In this document: positions 1 through 9,123 of the stretch, one piece after another
How the letters are laid out: each line of letters starts with the position of its first letter
Numbering within the stretch: the first letter of the stretch is position 1
NCBI GenBank assembly: GCA_016867315.1
Contig: VGJV01000003.1
Location: 27,429 to 91,428, forward strand
Direction: 5' to 3'
Source of the DNA: Candidatus Liptonbacteria bacterium
GTDB lineage: Bacteria; Patescibacteriota; Minisyncoccia; UBA6257; 2-01-FULL-56-20
DNA length: 64,000 nt
Notes under the pieces: generated by a model
Databases searched by the model: none
What the model was told of the DNA's origin: nothing
Seen by the model: only the letters and a program-made list of their open reading frames with translations
Position numbers and translations under genes: made by a program

Positions 1-1
1 G

Positions 2-94
2 GCTGAGTTTCTCGGAGAAATGCCAACTGTTGAAGACATCGCGGCTCACCGCAAACCTGGCGACCCGGGATGGCAGGGCTCGCTGACCCACTAA
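2..94 (+). CDS. 3' end of an unidentified CDS entering the window (…AEFLGEMPTVEDIAAHRKPGDPGWQGSLTH*)
   Basis: Open frame from the window edge to a TAA at 92-94. Too short to assign. Confidence 0.25.
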   Translation, partial: AEFLGEMPTVEDIAAHRKPGDPGWQGSLTH

Positions 95-263
95 TTCCAA
101 TCGGGAGTAAGGATTCTCCTTCATAAATAAAAATCCAAAAAACAATTTGTGCGGGCAATTGGGAAAACTGATTGCCCCGCTCAATTGAGTCCGAGAGTGA
201 AAATTCGCCGATTGGCGAACTCGTGGATTCAACAGAGTGAATGTTTTTTAACAATCTAACAGA

Positions 264-737
264 ATGCAAATTCCAGAAGTGAAATTCAAGGAAATCGGTG
301 AAGTTACGCCATCGGGCACAGCGATTATGGAATGTCTTAAGAATCCAAATCTTGTGGACATGTTCAACACTCATGTGCCGGAGCTGTTACAAATTGCGGA
401 TTACGAAGTGCCTCGTGCGGTCATTGGAATGGGAGAATTTACAGTAGAAGAGCCGTTAGGTTTCGTATCCATCGTGGAGTCGTTGCTCCAGGGGCATCCG
501 GAATGGCTTTTCGCTCCGCCGTCACTCTTTCTTTGCGGAACTGAAACTGAAGACGGTGGATGGGTTTTGCCAAAATTGGGCAGTATTGTGGTGCTCCACA
601 CTCCGAAAATCTTCCGAGGTGGCCAGATTTTCTACCCACGGCTTCACGAGATCCACGGCGTCAAAGCATTTGGACTTGCGCCGTGGAAGGAACTCAAAGG
701 CACAATTCGTTTTCCGGTGATAGCAACAAAAGGATAA
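264..737 (+). CDS. hypothetical protein (157 aa)
   Basis: Clean ORF with no recognisable motifs. Two small hairpins lie in its 5' region (151-180 and 204-219). Confidence 0.45.
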   Translation: MQIPEVKFKEIGEVTPSGTAIMECLKNPNLVDMFNTHVPELLQIADYEVPRAVIGMGEFTVEEPLGFVSIVESLLQGHPEWLFAPPSLFLCGTETEDGGWVLPKLGSIVVLHTPKIFRGGQIFYPRLHEIHGVKAFGLAPWKELKGTIRFPVIATKG

Positions 738-740
738 TCC

Positions 741-935
741 ATGACAATTGAGGAATTTTTGAAAGATCCCAATCGGAGAAAGCCAGTTGTCGTCATCCGC
801 GATGATGCGCCGAATGGCAGGTCATATGTAGATCCACTGTTCCTCCGGTACATTGCAGCGGATCGTGTAGAAATCACTTTGCCTGGCTATGAAGGCACAG
901 GTCGGGTTGTCCCGATCGATGAGCAGGCCAATTAA
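741..935 (+). CDS. small hypothetical protein (64 aa), possibly co-transcribed with 264..737
   Basis: It starts 4 nt after the previous stop. No motif recognised. Confidence 0.3.
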   Translation: MTIEEFLKDPNRRKPVVVIRDDAPNGRSYVDPLFLRYIAADRVEITLPGYEGTGRVVPIDEQAN

Positions 936-1014
936 ACAAACTATAATCTTAACCAATCGGAGAGGCGCGACAAACGCTCCTCTTCTTTTGCTTTTATGCT
1001 ATATTCGATTCGCA

Positions 1015-2289
1015 ATGTCAGATTTTGAAATATTAAAACAAAAAGTAACAAAAGAGCTCCCCGATTCTGCGGGCGTGTATTGTATGCGCGGATCAAAAGG
1101 GGATATTCTCTATATCGGCAAAGCTGGTAATCTTCGTCGGCGCGTCTCAAGCTATTTCCTTCGCGCACATGATGCTCGGATCGAGCGCCTTATGCAGGAG
1201 GTGCGGGAGATCGGCTATGAAATCACTGAAACTGCACTTGAAGCTCTCATTTTAGAGGCGAAGCGCATCAAAGAACATCACCCCGTCTACAATATCCGCG
1301 AGCAGGATGATAAAAGTTTTTTACATGTCGTAATCACCAAAGAAGAATTCCCCAGAGTACTTCTCATCCGCGGTAAGGAAAAATATGGAATAAAAGGAAA
1401 ATCGTTTGGGCCTTTTACTTCAGCTTCCAGCTTAAGGGAAGCACTCCGCATTTTGCGGCGCATTTTCCCATGGAGCCTGCACGAACCGGAAAAAATCGGA
1501 AAATACTCCCGCCCTTGTTTTGATTATGAAGTGGGACTTTGCCCAGGTACGTGCATAGGGGCTATAGATAAAAAAGAATACCGGAAGAATATAAAGCGTC
1601 TCACGGGAATTTTTGAAGGAGGAAAGAAGCGTGTGATTCGAGAACTCGAAAGAGAAATGGAAAGGGCAAGCAAAGCCCTGGAATATGAAAAAGCAGCCAA
1701 GCTCCGCAAGCAGATATTTGCGCTACGTCATATTCATGATATCGCCCTCATCAGGGATGAGAATGATCCTGCTACTCGCGACTCGCTATCTGCTACTCGC
1801 TATCGTATTGAAGGCTATGACATCTCGAATATCTCCGGCACGGCGGCAGTGGGGTCCATGGTGGTATTTGAAGACGATCAGCCTGCAAAGCGTGAATATC
1901 GCAAATTCAAGATTCGCACGATCGCACAGTCGGATGATGTGGGAATGCTTAAAGAAGTACTTCGGCGGAGATTTACGAGATACCAGTCGAGGTTGAACCT
2001 TAAGAATGTCCAAGGTTCAACCTCGGTGCCCGCGTGGCCGCTCCCGCACCTCATCCTGATTGATGGGGGAAAGGGACAAGTGAATGCGGCGGAAGAGATA
2101 TTGAATGAAACCGGGCTGGCGATTCCGCTTATCGGAATGGCGAAAGGCCCCAAGCGGAAAAAGACGGAAATTATCGGCACTATTCCCGCAGGAATAAAAC
2201 TCAGCACCTTGATTCAGGTTCGTGACGAAGCGCATAGATTTGCGATTACCTATCACAAACGGGTGAGGGGAAGGGAATTCTTGCAGTAA
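1015..2289 (+). CDS. uvrC: excinuclease ABC subunit C (UvrC), short form lacking the C-terminal HhH region
   Basis: GIY-YIG motif (GVYCMRGSKGDILYIGKAGNLRRR), UVR motif (EYEKAAKLRKQIFAL) and UvrC endonuclease-domain motif (RDEAHRFAITYH). The ORF track begins at 889, but the conserved N-terminus starts at M 1015 (MSDFEILKQKV…). Confidence 0.85.
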   Translation: MSDFEILKQKVTKELPDSAGVYCMRGSKGDILYIGKAGNLRRRVSSYFLRAHDARIERLMQEVREIGYEITETALEALILEAKRIKEHHPVYNIREQDDKSFLHVVITKEEFPRVLLIRGKEKYGIKGKSFGPFTSASSLREALRILRRIFPWSLHEPEKIGKYSRPCFDYEVGLCPGTCIGAIDKKEYRKNIKRLTGIFEGGKKRVIRELEREMERASKALEYEKAAKLRKQIFALRHIHDIALIRDENDPATRDSLSATRYRIEGYDISNISGTAAVGSMVVFEDDQPAKREYRKFKIRTIAQSDDVGMLKEVLRRRFTRYQSRLNLKNVQGSTSVPAWPLPHLILIDGGKGQVNAAEEILNETGLAIPLIGMAKGPKRKKTEIIGTIPAGIKLSTLIQVRDEAHRFAITYHKRVRGREFLQ

Positions 2290-2532
2290 ATCCTTTAACG
2301 TCCCCTTCACTTTTTAGGCGTAGGGTTAAGTTTAGCGGCTTAAGCCTTGCTTAAGATTAGCTTGTCAAACAAAAATTGCGGATCCCCGAATATTATGAAA
2401 AAAATCGGTCTCTCTCTATCCTCTCTCGTTCTTACTTTATCGGCGCCGGAGAACTACTGATCACTGATAAGGAGGCTTGATAACAAAAACTAGGGGGCTC
2501 ACTACGGGCTCCCTCGTTTTTGTTTCGATAAG

Positions 2533-3132
2533 TTGCCTATATGGTCGCGTCAATTTATCCTGAAGCATATGGCAAAAGAAAAAAATATTGAATTATTAAA
2601 CGTCCTTAAAAAAGGCGGGGTGGCGGTGATACCTACCGACACAATCTACGGAATTGTGGGCTCCGCGCTTCGCAAGGAAACAGTAGCGCGCATTTACAAC
2701 CTCCGTAAAAGGAATTTGAAAAAACCTTTCATCGTGATTATTTCTTCCCTGGACGCCCTCGCTCAATTTGGAATCAAATTATCCCTCCTTCACCGTCCCG
2801 TAATGCGGTTTTTAAAGGGAGTGTGGCCGGGAAGAGTAAGCGTGGCATTGCCGGTAAAAAGCAAAAAATTCGAATACATTCATCGGGGTACGAACTACAT
2901 CGCTTTCCGGATACCCGCGAAAAAATCCCTGCGAGAGTTACTTGAAAAAACCGGGCCGCTCGTGGCGCCGAGTGCGAATTTGGAGGGGGAGCCGCCCGCG
3001 ACCACCCTACGAGAAGCACAAAGATACTTTGGCGCACGGGTAGATTATTACGTAGATGGAGGAAAAATACAGAAAAAAGCTTCCACCATCGTAAAAATAT
3101 TGGGAAGCAAGCCGGTCACACTGCGAAAATAA
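2533..3132 (+). CDS. L-threonylcarbamoyladenylate synthase, YrdC/TsaC family
   Basis: YrdC-domain signature GGVAVIPTDTIYGIVGSAL. The likely true start is M at 2569 (MAKEKNIELL…). Confidence 0.8.
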   Translation: MPIWSRQFILKHMAKEKNIELLNVLKKGGVAVIPTDTIYGIVGSALRKETVARIYNLRKRNLKKPFIVIISSLDALAQFGIKLSLLHRPVMRFLKGVWPGRVSVALPVKSKKFEYIHRGTNYIAFRIPAKKSLRELLEKTGPLVAPSANLEGEPPATTLREAQRYFGARVDYYVDGGKIQKKASTIVKILGSKPVTLRK

Positions 3133-3241
3133 ATGTTCTAGTTGATCTAAATGGTCTAGCTGAAGGATCCCAACGTCTACAACGTTTAGAACAATTATAA
3201 CGAGCTTCGCGATAGAACGAGCTTGGGATATAATCTTCGGG

Positions 3242-4912
3242 ATGCTTACGGACGAACTTCGCCCAATTATAAAAGGAGAAGTAGAGGACGATGAGAAGAC
3301 GCTTGAGGCGCACAGCCGGGACTATTCGATTTTTCGCGTGAAGCCGGAAGTGGTGGTTTTCCCAAAAGACGCTGAAGATGTGAAGAGTTTAGTGAAATTT
3401 GTAAGTAAAGAGAAGAAAAAAGGCAGACAGATTTCTCTCACGGGACGCGCGGCGGGGACCGACATGACCGGCGGGCCTCTTTCCGGCTCGATCGTGGTCA
3501 ATTTCACGCGTCATATGAACCGAATCAAAAAAATAGAGGGGGATTCCTTCTCCGGTTCCGGCCAAGCGTACGCCATCGTGGAACCCGGAGTATATTTCCG
3601 GGACTTTGAGCGGGAAATTGCGAAGCGGGGATTGATGTATCCCTCGTATCCCGCCTCGAAAGAACTGTGTGCGATCGGCGGGATAGTGATGAATAATTCC
3701 GGTGGAGAGAAGACGCTTCGGTACGGAAAAACCGAGGAATATGTAGAAAGTATCAATATGGTCCTTGCGGACGGAGAGGAGCATCATATAACTCCTCTTT
3801 CGAGCGGCGCACTCAAAGAAAAACTCAAAAAAAGAGATTTGGAGGCAACCTTATGGAGAAAACTCAAAGCGCTCCTTGAAAAAAACGGAGCCCTTATTGC
3901 GGGCGCAAGGCCTGAAGTTTCCAAAAATTCTTCCGGCTATCCGCTTTGGAATATATGGGATGGGAATACCTTCGATCCCGTGAAATTATGTGTGGGTTCG
4001 CAAGGTACGTTGGGGCTTATGACCGAGGTACGTGTGCGCCTCTTACCGCAGCCGAAGCACAGTCGCCTGGTAGTGATATTCTTGCGCAACCTCTCTCCGC
4101 TTGCGGCCTTAGTGAATACTCTCTTGGACTTTAAACCCGAAAGCATCGAATCCTACGACGACAAAACGCTGGGAGTAGTGCTTCGATATTTGCCGAGTTT
4201 TATTCGGTCAATGAAGGGGAGTTTCTTCAAGCTTTTGTGGGAATTCTTGCCCGAAGCCGGGATGGCGCTTCGAGGGGGAATTCCAAAGATGGTCCTCTTG
4301 GTGGAACTTACTGCGGAGAGTGAAGGAGAGCTCCGGGCGAAGACAATGAGGTTGGTGCAAGTAGTGCGTCGGAATTTCCGAATTCCTGTACGTGCAATTC
4401 GCGATAAAGCCGAAGAAGAAAAATATTGGACGATCCGAAGACAAAGCTTCGCCTTGCTGCATGGGCATATTAAAGACCGAGATACCGCCCCGTTTATCGA
4501 TGATATTGCAGTGCGTCCAGAGCATCTTCCCGAATTTCTTCCCAAATTGAACGCAATTCTCGAGCCATATAAAAAATCGCTCATATACACCATCGCGGGG
4601 CATCCCGGGGACGGGAATTTTCATATAATCCCGCTGATGGACTTGAAAAACCCCGAAGTGAGAAATCTGATCCCGACTATTTCAGAGAAGGTATATAATC
4701 TTGTGTTGGAATATCATGGCACGATTACGGGGGAGCACAACGATGGCCTCATTCGTACGCCGTATGTAGAAAAAATGTATGGCAAAGAAATGGCGGATCT
4801 TTTCGAGGCAGTGAAGACTCTTTTCGATCCGCAAGATATTTTTAATCCAGGAAAAAAAGTAAGAGGCACGCTCGCGTATGCTCTGGATCACATCTCGAGT
4901 GCTAGGCAGTAA
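3242..4912 (+). CDS. FAD-binding oxidoreductase (FAD-linked oxidase/GlcD-like dehydrogenase family)
   Basis: 556 aa. An N-terminal FAD-binding PCMH-type region (VVFPKDAEDVKSLVKF…RAAGTDMTGG) is followed by a C-terminal FAD-oxidase-like region. Confidence 0.7.
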   Translation: MLTDELRPIIKGEVEDDEKTLEAHSRDYSIFRVKPEVVVFPKDAEDVKSLVKFVSKEKKKGRQISLTGRAAGTDMTGGPLSGSIVVNFTRHMNRIKKIEGDSFSGSGQAYAIVEPGVYFRDFEREIAKRGLMYPSYPASKELCAIGGIVMNNSGGEKTLRYGKTEEYVESINMVLADGEEHHITPLSSGALKEKLKKRDLEATLWRKLKALLEKNGALIAGARPEVSKNSSGYPLWNIWDGNTFDPVKLCVGSQGTLGLMTEVRVRLLPQPKHSRLVVIFLRNLSPLAALVNTLLDFKPESIESYDDKTLGVVLRYLPSFIRSMKGSFFKLLWEFLPEAGMALRGGIPKMVLLVELTAESEGELRAKTMRLVQVVRRNFRIPVRAIRDKAEEEKYWTIRRQSFALLHGHIKDRDTAPFIDDIAVRPEHLPEFLPKLNAILEPYKKSLIYTIAGHPGDGNFHIIPLMDLKNPEVRNLIPTISEKVYNLVLEYHGTITGEHNDGLIRTPYVEKMYGKEMADLFEAVKTLFDPQDIFNPGKKVRGTLAYALDHISSARQ

Positions 4913-4968
4913 CTACGAAGATACGAAACAATACGAAAATACGAAATTCGTACTTTCGTAACTATTCG
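4904..4968. repeat. symmetric heptamer array: 4 x TACGAA(A/G) then 4 x (T)TTCGTA, forming a long imperfect palindrome
   Basis: Read directly: …ctacgaagatacgaaacaatacgaaaatacgaaattcgtactttcgtaactattcgtaatttcgtag…, between the FAD oxidase stop and the pgeF start. Confidence 0.7.
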
Positions 4969-4992
4969 TAATTTCGTAGATAATAATTTGTC

Positions 4993-5733
4993 ATGTACCA
5001 AATCCCAGAATTAAATAAATTTCCAAAGCTTCTCCATAATATTTCTCATAAAGAAGAGGGGAATATGTCCTTCCGATGGGGAGGACAGGTTCTCTCGAAT
5101 CGAGAGAGGTTTTTAATAAAAGTAGGAGTGGGGCTTGAGATGTGTGTGGGTGCGAGTCTTGAACATGAAACAAAAGTAACGCGCGTCGAGACGAAACACC
5201 GGGGAATGGGCATGCGAGACCCGGAGACTGCAGTGCCCGGAGACGCGTTTCTTACGAATGCTCCGGGGACATTTCTATTTCTTCTCACGGGGGATTGCTT
5301 GCCTATTGCTGTGTATGACCCCATGGAGAAGGTGGTGGGGTTAGTACATGCGAGCCGGAAAAATTCTCCTCTCGGCCTCATGAGAAAAGTAATCGATCGT
5401 ATGGAAGAATGGTACGGCTCAAAAGCTAAAAATATAGTAGTGAGTATCGGGCCGGGAGTACGAAAAGAAAGTTATATATTCCCCCCAGTTATGAAAGAAG
5501 AACTTATGCCAATATGGAAGAAATTCCTTATAAAGATAGATGAGGAAAAATTTGCATTAGACGTAGTGGGCATGAATAGTGCAGAACTTAGAAATTCGGG
5601 AGTGCGGGAAGAAAATATCCACGTTGCTCCTCAGGACACCATCGCCGATCCGGCTTTTTTCTCCCATTATCGCAGCCGCCTCACGGGGGAAGCCGAGGGG
5701 AGAATGGCCACGGTTTTAGGAATTAAGTCTTGA
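4993..5733 (+). CDS. purine nucleoside phosphorylase/polyphenol oxidase YfiH/PgeF (DUF152) family
   Basis: Conserved LTGDCLPIAVYDP…GLVHASRKNS…SIGPG core of the YfiH family. The true start is probably downstream of the 4993 ATG. Confidence 0.65.
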   Translation: MYQIPELNKFPKLLHNISHKEEGNMSFRWGGQVLSNRERFLIKVGVGLEMCVGASLEHETKVTRVETKHRGMGMRDPETAVPGDAFLTNAPGTFLFLLTGDCLPIAVYDPMEKVVGLVHASRKNSPLGLMRKVIDRMEEWYGSKAKNIVVSIGPGVRKESYIFPPVMKEELMPIWKKFLIKIDEEKFALDVVGMNSAELRNSGVREENIHVAPQDTIADPAFFSHYRSRLTGEAEGRMATVLGIKS

Positions 5734-6011
5734 GCATGGCAAAACATTTAGAGATAAAAATATTTGGAAGAGTGCAAGGGGTATTTTTTAGAGAGGAATC
5801 CAAGAAGATGGCAAAAGAGCTGGATATCGTGGGATTTGCGCGAAACGAGGCAGAGGGAGCAGTATATATGGAAGTGGAAGGCGAAGAGAAAAATCTATCT
5901 GCTTTTCTCGATTGGTGCAAGAAAGGTCCCGCGGGGGCTTCCGTGACCAATATAGAGGTAAGAGAAGGAGCGGCGCAGGGATTTAAAAGTTTTACGATTC
6001 AATGGCGATAA
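5730..6011 (+). CDS. acyP: acylphosphatase
   Basis: 93 aa with the acylphosphatase signature (IFGRVQGVFFRE…GFARN). Confidence 0.8.
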   Translation: MSMAKHLEIKIFGRVQGVFFREESKKMAKELDIVGFARNEAEGAVYMEVEGEEKNLSAFLDWCKKGPAGASVTNIEVREGAAQGFKSFTIQWR

Positions 6012-6631
6012 AAATTATAGATATCTCGAGACCTATATCAGCGAAGGAGCCTATATATCCCGGGAATATGCCGGTGGAACTGATGGCGCTTAAAAAGTTT
6101 TCTAAAGACAAATCTAATCTTTCTGGCATCAAGATGGGATTGCATAGCGGGAGTCATATAGATGCGCCGCTCCATTATATAAAAATGGGAACATCAGTAG
6201 ACAAATTGCCGCTCGACGAGACAATAGGCTGGTGCCGCGTAGTGGATGTGAGCAAGCTCAAATCCGAAATCGGAGAAAAGGAGATAAAAAAGTTCCGGCC
6301 TCAGAGCGGAGAAATCCTGCTTTTCAAAACCCGAAACTCTCGACTGAAAGATAAACGTTTTAATCCTTCGTTTATCCATATAAATCAATCCGGCGCAGAA
6401 GTATTAGCGAAAGCCCGTGTGAAGGCGGTGGGAGTAGACGGGCCATCAGTACGTAAATTCCGATTGAAACCAGACACGGTTCACCCGCTCCTTTTGAAGC
6501 GAGGAATTTTGATCTACGAAGGCCTGGATTTAAGCAAGGCTAAGCCAGGGCGATACTTTTTTGTAGGCGCGCCCTTAAAAATCACCGGCGCCGAAGCCTC
6601 GCCTGTTCGCGCGATCTTAATCAAGAGTTGA
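6002..6631 (+). CDS. cyclase family protein (kynurenine formamidase-like)
   Basis: HSGSHIDAPLHY motif typical of the putative cyclase/arylformamidase family. Confidence 0.65.
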   Translation: MAIKIIDISRPISAKEPIYPGNMPVELMALKKFSKDKSNLSGIKMGLHSGSHIDAPLHYIKMGTSVDKLPLDETIGWCRVVDVSKLKSEIGEKEIKKFRPQSGEILLFKTRNSRLKDKRFNPSFIHINQSGAEVLAKARVKAVGVDGPSVRKFRLKPDTVHPLLLKRGILIYEGLDLSKAKPGRYFFVGAPLKITGAEASPVRAILIKS

Positions 6632-6668
6632 CGCTACGTGCTACTCGCTACATGCTACTTGCTATCCC

Positions 6669-9095
6669 ATGAACGCAATTTATCAGGAAAAAAACCCGAC
6701 GATTCTCGTGCTATTCGGAGCGACGGGAGATCTCACTCGGGAAAAGATAATCCCCGCACTCTTTCGGTTGCATCGAAAAAAACTCTTACCATCGCTGTTT
6801 CAGGTGGTGGGATTTTCACGCCGGGAACTTTCGCCGGAAGTGTTCAAAGAGAAGGTGAGGGAGGTAGTGACAAAGCTTCCCGAAGGAAAAACGCCTCTCG
6901 CGGATTCTTTCGTCTCTCTGTTCACCTACGTTCCGGGGTATTTCGAAAAACGGAGCGGCTATAAAAAGCTCGCTGAGTTTTTAGGATTCCGCGATAACGA
7001 ATGGAGAGTGTGTTCCAATAAACTTTTCTACTTCGCGGTGCCGCCGGAATATTACAAAAATATCATGCAGCATCTCGCCGCGTCGAGACTCACGGAGCCT
7101 TGCAGTCCGGAAGAAGGGTGGACCCGCGTGGTCGTGGAAAAGCCCTTCGGAAAAAATGCGAAAACTGCCGAGGAACTTGATGCGCTCCTGGGGAAGCTTT
7201 TCCGGGAAGAGCAGATTTATCGAATCGATCACTACTTAGGAAAAGAAACCGTCCAGAATATTCTTGCGTTTAGGTTCTCGAATTCCTTCTTTGAGCCTGC
7301 CTGGAATAATCAAACGATCGAATCCATTCGCGTGAGCATCTTCGAATCGAAAGGAGTAGAAGAGCGAGGAGATTTTTATGACGGAGTGGGCGCGCTGCGA
7401 GATGTGGGGCAAAATCATTTACTTCAGCTCTTAGCTCTTTTTACGATGGAGAATCCCGGAATATTCAATGCGGATTCCATCCGCGGAAAGCGTGCGGCAC
7501 TTTTGAAGACCCTTCGCATTTTGACGCAAAAAGAAATAGAAGAAAAAACAGTACGAGGGCAGTATCAGGGCTATCTCAAAGAAGCAGGAGTGCGGCGGGG
7601 TTCCTCCACGGAAACCTATTTTCAAATCGAAGCCGAAGTCAACTCTCCGCGCTGGGCGGGAGTGCCCATATACCTCGAAGCGGGAAAAAAATTAAAGGAA
7701 TCCAAAGTAGAGGCAGTAGTAAAATTCCGCCACCCCGCCCCATGCCTGTGCCCCATCGACCGCAAAAAACATTTTCATAATATTCTCCGATATCAAATTC
7801 AGCCGGAAGAATGCATCACTTCTTCATTCCTAGTAAAAAAGCCAGGAGAAAAACTTGTGCTCGAAGAAAAAGATTTTGTGCTGGATTATGGAAGCGAGAA
7901 AGATCACGACTTGTTTTTAGATGCATACGAAAGGTTGCTTCTGGGAGTAGTCCGAGGAGACCAAACACTTTTTGTAAGCACCGAAGAAATTCTTACGAGC
8001 TGGAAATTCATAGATCCGATCATAGGGAGGTGGAAGCGGGGCGCTCCTGAAATAGTGAGTTACATGCCAAAGAGTGATCCGATGAAAATTATACCCGAGG
8101 CGGTGCCTCACGCATTTCATGATAAAAGGGAAATCTTTCTTGCGGGATTAGGAAAGATGGGGAGAAATATGGCGGTTCGCCTCAGGGAGCATGGATGGAA
8201 AGTAAAAGCATTCGATGTAAGTCCGGACGCAAGAAAAGAAATTGAGAAGGAGGGTATAAAAGCGACGAGCAATCTCGCGACAGTGAAGGCTCTCCATGCT
8301 CCGCGACTCATTTGGCTTATGGTGCCTTCGCGCGCAGCCTCGCCTTCTGAAAAAAACCCAATTGACGAAATTCTTTTCGGAAAAGGTGGTCTCGCTGAGC
8401 TTTTGGAAAAAGGGGACGTAATTATCGATGGAGGAAACTCACTCTATACGGAAACAATGAGACGAAGCCGAATACTGGCTCGTTCCGGAATTACATTGAT
8501 AGATGCAGGGGTCTCCGGGGGTCCCAGTGGAGCCCGGCATGGAGCGGCGCTCATGGTGGGAGGAAAAACCGAAGTCATAAAAGAATTAGAGCCTCTATTT
8601 GGGGTGCTCGCGGTGCCGGGGGGGTACGCGCACGTGGGAAAATCCGGGGCAGGGCATTTCGTGAAAATGGTGCATAACGGAATCGAGTACGGCATGATGC
8701 AGGCCATAGCCGAAGGTTTTTCCATTTTGAAGAAGACGGATTTAAAATTAGATGTGAAACAAATTGCCGCCCTTTATAATCGCGGCACGGTAATCGAATC
8801 TAAGTTGCTCGATTGGCTCTATAAAGCGCTCGAAGCCTACGGGGAAGAATTAGAAGCCGTGAGTGGGACAGTTGGGCACCTTGGGGAAGGGGAATGGACG
8901 GCCAAAACAGCCAAACAATTGAATATTCCGGTCCCTATAATCGAAGGCGCGTTTCATTTTCGGGTGCGATCCGCAAAAAAACCTAGCTACACGGGGAAAA
9001 TTTTGAGCGCTTTAAGAAATCAATTCGGAGGGCATGCGATAGCAAAGGGCAAAGAGCAAATAACAAAGAGAAAGAGTAAGATACAAAGAAAATAA
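6669..9095 (+). CDS. zwf: fusion protein: glucose-6-phosphate 1-dehydrogenase (N-terminal, about 470 aa) plus short-form 6-phosphogluconate dehydrogenase (C-terminal, about 300 aa)
   Basis: N-terminal half: ILVLFGATGDLTREKIIPALF, RIDHYLGKE and the G6PD C-domain. From about aa 500: IFLAGLGKMGRNMAVRL Rossmann motif, then GGNSLYTETMRRSRILARSGITLIDAGVSGGPSGARHGAALMVGG (Gnd/YqeC-like). It is one uninterrupted 808-aa frame. Confidence 0.85.
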   Translation: MNAIYQEKNPTILVLFGATGDLTREKIIPALFRLHRKKLLPSLFQVVGFSRRELSPEVFKEKVREVVTKLPEGKTPLADSFVSLFTYVPGYFEKRSGYKKLAEFLGFRDNEWRVCSNKLFYFAVPPEYYKNIMQHLAASRLTEPCSPEEGWTRVVVEKPFGKNAKTAEELDALLGKLFREEQIYRIDHYLGKETVQNILAFRFSNSFFEPAWNNQTIESIRVSIFESKGVEERGDFYDGVGALRDVGQNHLLQLLALFTMENPGIFNADSIRGKRAALLKTLRILTQKEIEEKTVRGQYQGYLKEAGVRRGSSTETYFQIEAEVNSPRWAGVPIYLEAGKKLKESKVEAVVKFRHPAPCLCPIDRKKHFHNILRYQIQPEECITSSFLVKKPGEKLVLEEKDFVLDYGSEKDHDLFLDAYERLLLGVVRGDQTLFVSTEEILTSWKFIDPIIGRWKRGAPEIVSYMPKSDPMKIIPEAVPHAFHDKREIFLAGLGKMGRNMAVRLREHGWKVKAFDVSPDARKEIEKEGIKATSNLATVKALHAPRLIWLMVPSRAASPSEKNPIDEILFGKGGLAELLEKGDVIIDGGNSLYTETMRRSRILARSGITLIDAGVSGGPSGARHGAALMVGGKTEVIKELEPLFGVLAVPGGYAHVGKSGAGHFVKMVHNGIEYGMMQAIAEGFSILKKTDLKLDVKQIAALYNRGTVIESKLLDWLYKALEAYGEELEAVSGTVGHLGEGEWTAKTAKQLNIPVPIIEGAFHFRVRSAKKPSYTGKILSALRNQFGGHAIAKGKEQITKRKSKIQRK

Positions 9096-9123
9096 TCCTA
9101 AATTCATCGAATAACTTATTCAA

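Noticed and set aside
2290-2532. Possible terminator or small RNA in the uvrC-tsaC intergenic region (ctagggggctcactacgggctccctcgtttttg)
   Set aside because: The stem is imperfect, I could not convince myself of a clean hairpin by eye, and there is no other supporting signal.
6638-6964. 108-aa plus-strand ORF overlapping the start of zwf in another frame
   Set aside because: The zwf frame carries the conserved G6PD N-terminal NADP motif, so the overlapping frame is spurious.
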